Part shown: piece after piece, positions 52,632 to 64,000 of the stretch
Layout of the letters: each line of letters starts with the position of its first letter
How positions within the stretch are numbered: the first letter of the stretch is position 1
Assembly (NCBI GenBank): GCA_012295275.1
Contig: CM022679.1
Span: 16,864,001 to 16,928,000, forward strand
DNA from: Chrysomallon squamiferum
Lineage: Eukaryota; Animalia; Mollusca
Reading direction: 5' to 3'
Length of the DNA: 64,000 nt
Program-made: the position numbers and the translations under genes
Notes under the pieces: generated by a model
The model's database searches: none
What the model was told of the DNA's origin: nothing
The model's input: the letters and a program-made list of their open reading frames with translations, nothing else

Positions 52632-54140
52632 TATTGGTTCCTTTCTTTTTCTTCTTTTTTGTTTGTTTGTTGCTGTTTTCTTTTAATTGTGGTTTTAATT
52701 AATAAATAAAATTTACCTGGCTGTCTTTCTCAAAGCTGATGATGAGAAGTAACAATGTCAATTGATTTGACGAATCTGATAAGGATAGCTTTATTCAGAC
52801 AGTTTTATATGATCTTTTAAATCACGACTAGCATCAAAACAAAACTAAACAGAACTGCAGCAAAATACTGAGTAAAACCTTAGAGATTTAAACTGAAAAT
52901 TTGAATGTTTTCGTTTCCACTTCTCATCCTGACATATTTAACTTTCTCCACAAAGAATCTATTAAGATATGGTTTGATTAATAAATACGATGTAGATTTA
53001 TTGTAGAATATAGAATTGTCTTTCTTAGAAAATCATTTCGATTATTATCATAATTATAAAGTATTTACAAACTTGTATATTTATTTCTTCTGGTTTTTAT
53101 TATTTGCAATTTGATTTAATTAATTATTTTATTTTATTTATTTTATTTTATTGGCAGAATGTGATAAGAACTTAAGTAATGTTTGTTTTTGTTGTTGTTT
53201 TGTGTGTGTTTTTTTTTGTCGTGATATTTGGGGGGGCGTTTTTTTTTTTTTTTTTTTTTTTTTTATGTAGGTGTTTTTTTTGTGTGTGTGTGTGTGTGTT
53301 GTTGTTTTTATTTTGGTTAGTTGATTTTCTTACTTTCATATTTTCTGGGTAATCACACACATGCCAGTGGTAGGAGGTCAAGGTAAACAACTATTTTAAT
53401 CAACCAAGTATTTTCGTGCTTACGTTAGTGTATATAAATATACACATCAAGGCCATTTCACCAGATGTTTTTCTTGTTGCTGAAACTAAGTTATCTTTAT
53501 TTGTTAAGTTATTTACTCCATGCTGTAAATATATCACATCAAACAATAAGCATACATCTATATCTAAATATGATTTTGCACGCGTACATGCACACAATGC
53601 TTAAGCACGTTAAAAACACGTGCTTAAGCACATGTTAAAAACACATATAGTTTCAATGCGTAAATGTATTTGTAATTTTATTACATTATATTAAAAGTTT
53701 GTTTACATGTATGTGTTTGTATATTTCTGTTTATTTATGGAGGCATTATTATTGTTAATGTTGTTTGGTTTTGTTTGTTTGTTTTTGTTGGTTTGCTATT
53801 GTTTATTGCTGTTGTTGTGTTCTATTAGTGGTTAGACTTTTAACTATGAGTGTTGTTGTTTGTGTGTACTCTCCAAACAACAAAACATTACTATTAATTC
53901 TGGTAAACAAAGTATAACTATCTCAATGTACAGCTACTGCTTACAAAAATAACAGTGTTGCATAGAGACAAATTCATTAACGTACGTGCTTTCAAATTCG
54001 CAGAATTCCGTATTTATTTGATGACTTTCGATTTTAGCACAATATAGTGAACAATTTTCACCAGTATTCAAGTATTCTTCCATATTATAAATGACTATTT
54101 AGAATAAGAATCACTAATCTGATAAAGCTGATACAGAATC

Positions 54141-58310
<4,170 letters not shown>

Positions 58311-58502
58311 TTGCCCTTCTCATGCAAAAGGATATTGTTTTCACAACTTATTCGCAGTTGCATTTTTGTACATTTGTGTTGTTGTTCTTCTATATTATTC
58401 TATAATTATTATACCTGAAAGAAAATGAACAGTAGTAATCTTTATTTTTAACACATATTATTAGATTTATTATAAAAGTTTGCATTAGAACAGATACATA
58501 CA

Positions 58503-58503
<1 letters not shown>

Positions 58504-58562
<59 letters not shown>
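58504..58562. repeat. (CA)n microsatellite
   Basis: CA run downstream of the AS3MT-like stop codon. Confidence 0.95.
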
Positions 58563-58566
<4 letters not shown>

Positions 58567-59407
58567 TTTTTATTTATAATTATAAAGATAAATACTGAAA
58601 ACAGATGTTATTTTGTTGAAAGCCTGTACAGAGTGAGAAATATATATAATGATATTCAACATATAACATTTTGTTTGCTTGTATTTGATATTTTGTTTAT
58701 GCTTTTGTTTTGTTGGTTGTTCTTTTTAAATAAAACTTATTTATTTATATATTAATTTATTTACAAACATTATTTAATATCTTCTTCATATAAGCTGAGA
58801 GTGTTTTACAAATATCTGACTGCACTATGCCTGAAAGGCCACAAGAACAATAAAACTGTATTCTTTAAGTTAATCCCAATTCTTGACAATGCTCCTCATT
58901 TCTATCTTTTAAGTATTGCTAGTTGCTTTCTATCATCATTATAATCAATAATAACTGTTAATACTGTCATATATAGACTGCGCTAGAAAGAAATATTTAT
59001 TCCTTTTTCTTTCTTCCTTTTGTTTCTTTTTTCTTTTATTTTTTTAACTGTTATTATTATTTTTTAGTTGTCCTAATATTTAATAAACTGTACCAAAAAC
59101 TAAAAAGCTTTAACAAATAATAATAATAAAAAACAATATCATTTAATCGTGAAAAATAAATATATAAATAAAGCATTATTTTGATAATGAAACTATGATA
59201 TATGCTAATAATTATGTTAAAAGTGCATTATAATTAGAGTTTAGTACAGCTACTAATGAATGTCAAATAGATGACATTAACCACTCATCTCCTGAATTAC
59301 CTGAACAGATTTTAGATCAGTTATCAATCCAGATCGAAATTTAACATCATAATATCAATTGTGATTATCCAGAATTAGTTAAAATAAAAATATAAAATAA
59401 GAATGTA

Positions 59408-62400
59408 TTATGTGTTGTCGTCTTTAAATAAGTGTTCAAACATGTCTATCTCCCGACTGCCGTCTGTGAGAACGCTCGTTTTGCTTTTCATCATTTCCAT
59501 AGCCGAATCGCTTTCACCTCGCGCCTCTGTCTCCCAGCCTCTAGAAGTTGTGCTATCAGCTGTGCTAACATGCGACTCCGGCGGCGACTTATTTCTGTCA
59601 AATAACTCCGAACGTCCTCCCGCTGCATCATCATCTTTCTTTAACACAATTTCTCTGGGCGATACAGCGGGCAAAATGTCTTCCGAACGATCAGTTTGGC
59701 ACTGACCCTGCAGAAGCTGTTGCTGCTCAGGGCGACAAGAAATAGCCAGATCTGAAGAATCGTCCTGTCCCTGTCGTGTCTGACAGTCAGTAGACAGATG
59801 TCGTGATCTAGTGGTGGGTCTGCTGCTAATGCTGGAGATAGACAAACCAGAGATTCCCCTGGCGGCAAGGTCAGCAAGGAAGAGATCGATGTGCTCCTGA
59901 ACGAGTTGTTCCAACGCTGAACTTGTGTTTGACGAGAAACTCGGGTACACTGTCGGAGTGTTGTTCGCATCGCTCATCTGAAAGGTAATCAGAGATGAGT
60001 CTGCGGCGGACTGCAAAGATTCGTGAACAATTGCTGTCATCTGTGTTTTTAGCTGATCGAGGTAACCTTCTAAAAATTCGTAGTTTTGGCGTGGAATGAT
60101 ATACTGAAATATACAGATCAAATAATATAATTAATACATTGTACGTAATAGAATCGTTAGTTACTATATGAAAATTGTGTTACTTATATTTAAAATTTAA
60201 AATGTGCTTTGATATGAGTGTGATGATGCATTTTCTTAAACATGATTTAAACTTTACCTTGTCTGGTACCATTTCAGAACGTGACTTTTTCGCATTCTGT
60301 TCTTTATTTGAAGCACCAGCCATCGCCCTGAGCGGGAGAGAACCACCTTGAATAGCAGACGTTCCCGCCCCTCTTTCTGTCGTTCTTTTGGACCTGCTTC
60401 GTGGAGACGGGCTGTTGGCGAAATAAGGATGAATGAAAAACGGCAGTGCAGATATTTGTGTCCGCGGACATTCTCTGTGAAACACGGCTGCTGAGAAGGA
60501 AGCGGACGGGGCTCGACTGGGTGCGTCGCCGCTTTCAAAGTCGCTGACCACGACCATGACGTTTGTAGTTTTTGACGTCCTCTCGGCCCATGGAAGGAAA
60601 AAAAGAATAACTGCTCCTAGAATCATCGAAAAGCCGGCGCAATGAAAGGCGATATGATAGTTGCCGTAAATGTCATACAGCCAGCCTGTGAAAAGAGAAC
60701 AAACTTTAAGTTGGACAAAATGAAAAAGAAAGAAAAAAAAAAATATATATATATACATCTTTATCTAAATATATAAATAAATAAATAAATGAGTAAATAA
60801 ATAAATAAATAAATAAATAAAATAAGAACTTAAAAAAAATATATATATATTATGTTGTAAAAAAGAAAAGAAAAAAGAAACAAGTGGAAACAAAGCACAA
60901 AATTAACGAAGCTGAATAACAGCCAAACAGTTCACTATCATCGTCTGTTGTCAGCACAGAAGTCTCCTTTTCCCATGCAGGGATTAATTTTAAAATATTA
61001 TCTAATATAAATGTAGAAATCTTTATACGTACCTGCTGTCGCAGGTCCGACGGTAAAGGTGAAAGAACTTGTTAGACACATGTATCCCCAAGCTAGGGCA
61101 GCATTCTCTGTTCCAATTAATGAATAGGTGAGTAGAGGAAGGAGGACGATGTAGCAGCCATCCACTAAACCCGTTACTATATTATAGACAACAAGGCCGG
61201 CGTAGTTGCTGATATAAGGCAAGATCATGAAAGCTGTTCCTGTGATGACCATTACAAGCTGATCTAGATGCAGGCGGTGGATGAGGCCGTTGTTGAGTAT
61301 CTTGCCGGAGAGCAAACGGCCAAACGTGGTTGCGATGCCAAAGAAGAGCATAGTCATTGCTGCCTTCTCAGCTGGTATCCCGTTATCAACTGCGAATTGT
61401 ATCTATGACAATTAGAAATTCATAGGATACAGATATTTAGCGACAAATGACAAATAACAAGATAAAATATTACAAATTACTTAAGAGGATTTGTATTTAT
61501 TTATACCTAGTTATGTTTTTGTGTTGTTGTTTTTTTTTTTTGGGGGGGTTGTTTTGTTTTTTTGATGGCTCGAAATGCTTTACAGAATTTCTGCAGTCAG
61601 CCATTAAGCCAATGGAACCTGCCAAGTGATTCTATATCACAAGCAGCACATTTTGTTTTCTTTCTGAAATATAGTTACTCGAAACCTGATTTGTGAGCAG
61701 TGTGATCTTCTATTGCAAATAGAAGGATTGAGATTTGTTTTTCACAAACCGTGTACTAGTAGTTTATCAAAGGTTGTGACATATGCTTACCTGGCTGTAG
61801 GAAGATGATGAAGATATTTTGGTATTAATTAAAAGCACCTTCTCCAGTTTCAGCAACAAATTTCCGCTTGTATCATTATTGTATATGAAACTGATGACTG
61901 GTACTGTAGAACGCTTAACATTAAAATGTAGCGTGTTGTTAAATGTTTGTTTGTTTGTTAGGAATAGGGTCTGAGTAATTGGATCTATTACTATTTGCAT
62001 TTATCCTAGATCCATAAACGTCTAACTGGCTTTTGTATTTTATTATGTTTATCATCATTAGCATATTATTATTACTAAAATTATTTTTATTAATATCATC
62101 ATCAACATCATCATGATCATCATCAACATCATCATTATTGGTGTTATTATTATTATTCATTTAGTCTCTTCGTCATGCTTAAAACACTAAACCCATGAAT
62201 GATTTGCCATGCTGCTTCATGGCCATTCATCACCTTTGAAGCAAATCAGTCTGTATTATATGGCACGTACCATATGAACATTAGGAACAAAATAACCAAA
62301 CATGGCTATCGAAGTTGCAGTTGCCCACAGAATGAATACTCTGTTTTTCCACAAATGGAGATCTTCTATCAACGACCGCAGCGCGGGCTTCTTTATCATT

Positions 62401-63736
62401 TCTAATGGAAGAATGGGAATCGGCTTTATCAACGAATTGACAACAGTCAAGATCGCGAAAATCACCCCTAAAATCCGAAAGGTAACTCGCCACCCGACAC
62501 TGTCAACAAGACTTTGAGACAGAGGCGCCATCATGATGGAACCGAGGCTGCTACCAGCGCATACTAAACCAGTCGCCACGCCATAATAGTGATCAAAGTA
62601 CATGTTTGGCAGCATTGTAGACGGGTTGATTGATAAACTGGAGCCAATGCCATATAAGACGGGAAAGGTGATGAACATCAGTTTCAGGTCGGTTACGTAT
62701 GAAGAAGAGAAGACGGATATGACGCAGATAAACAAACCCGTCATCATGGATGTTCGATTTGAAAACACGGTGACGACAATTCGAGTCATGGGTGCTAGCA
62801 GTTTTAATATTCCAAAACAAAGAGATCCTAACCATGCTGAAATGAAATGAATTATTACATTTTACTTCCTAAAATAATATTATAGTTATATTTTTAATAT
62901 ATAATATAAATATAACCTAACAAAAAAATAACATTTATTGTACAAATATTTCTGCATGTTCAGAATAAAAAATCTAACAAATACTAAAAAAAAAAAATGA
63001 CAAACATTCAGTTTAGATTTAGAATTTGAGTTTATTGTAGTTTCTAATACCTGAATAAAGATGCCGTTTAAATTGTCGGATAACATTTGTAAAATAAAGT
63101 CACCGGGTGAATTTAAAATGTACAAGTACTACTCGGAGCACCTAATCGATGCCAGAGAATGCACTTCACAGAGGACACAGGAAGAGGTTGTAGATTCTTT
63201 TCAGTCTTGACAAAGAAGAAAAAGATAGTGCACAGAAGGGTGGAATGTAATGATGTCAAACAAACCATCATTTTCTTTTTAAATCTTCTAGTCTGTACTG
63301 ATGTTCAGTACTTAGAGCGTTGAGTAGTGTGTGATAAAATAAACGACAGCTTCTTGAAAATGATAAAGAATACTCGTTATCTGAAGCATTTAATACCAAA
63401 ACAATTTTATTTTATTTTATTTATTTATTTATTTATTAATTTTTTGTTTTGTTTTGTTTTCTCTACGGTAAAATTGCCATTAATTGTTGTTTACTAACCT
63501 GTTTCAGCCTTTGTCGAGTGGAAATCCTTTGTAAGTACCACAAAAAACACTCCGAAAACGTTGATGACTCCTGTAATAAACAGCTGATCAAGAACAGCAC
63601 AAAAGCATGCCACCCAGGCCCAACAGCTGTCTTTTACAAAAGGGGCTTTATCTTTTTTCTTTTTTTCATTCTCTTTGGTGGTGTTACCGTCGCCGAGTAG
63701 AGCAGGCCCTGCCGATGACATTTCACCTTTTTCCAT
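59408..63736 (-). CDS. Monocarboxylate transporter (SLC16/MCT family, MFS), about 765 aa
   Basis: Exons 63499-63736, 62271-62836, 61033-61402, 60258-60685, 59408-60103; 2298 nt, in frame. MCT signature KDSCWAWVAC, ETAWLGS, YGIGSSL, YFDHYYGVATGLVCAGSSLG, GWRVTFRILG, FGRLLSG, GPATAGWLYDIYGNY. Confidence 0.9.
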
Positions 63737-63760
63737 AGTAGTTCTGTGTATTTAGATTCG

Positions 63761-63942
63761 TCACATGATTTTTGTATAAATTTCATATATATGACGTGCA
63801 TTTAAATGACGTCATCAGTCTTTATCATACATTTACTTTTATCTAGGCTTGATCAAATATGAAGAGATAAAAATTTGTACATAGGCTAAGGATCCTTTAT
63901 TCGAAATAAAGTGTTTCGAATTGGGAATTTTCGGAATTTTCT
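63761..63942 (-). promoter_or_regulatory. Candidate proximal promoter motifs of the SLC16 gene
   Basis: TCACATGA E-box at 63761, TGACGTG at 63792, palindromic CRE ATGACGTCAT at 63806-63815, tandem GGGAATTTTC/GGAATTTTC kB-like sites at 63923-63941; all within about 210 bp of the ATG. Confidence 0.35.
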
Positions 63943-64000
63943 AATACAAGGAGAGACAGAGCCTGAGAAAAGGATCTAAATTTGAGTTATATTTCATATA

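Overview
Eukaryotic, AT-rich, microsatellite-rich animal DNA with GT-AG introns; probably a mollusc, possibly a cephalopod (inference only). Three intron-containing genes were assembled by hand from splice sites and reading-frame phase. (1) 1-43810, minus strand: a giant polycystin-1-family gene (at least 43 coding exons, about 24.7 kb CDS in the window, over 8,200 aa, 3' end off-window). Domain order: signal peptide, furin site, SEA, ~2,480-aa Ser/Thr region with ~300 DTIT(S/P) pentapeptides, SEA, ~2,180-aa Ser/Thr region with ~120 [13 protein letters not shown] repeats, 9 EGF, SEA, EGF, PKD repeats, REJ, GAIN/GPS, TM1, PLAT, TOP and TRPP-like channel. Its 39-bp-repeat exon carries two mutually compensating frameshifts. 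(2) 54141-58310, plus strand: a 9-exon, 351-aa AS3MT-like methyltransferase with an intact SAM motif but apparently none of the four arsenic-binding cysteines. (3) 59408-63736, minus strand: a 5-exon SLC16/MCT transporter with an unusually long C-terminal tail. The 44-54 kb interval holds a hAT-Charlie remnant inserted in a decayed C2H2 zinc-finger sequence, two TIR-bounded Tc1/mariner-pogo-type elements, a long near-perfect inverted repeat and small duplications.
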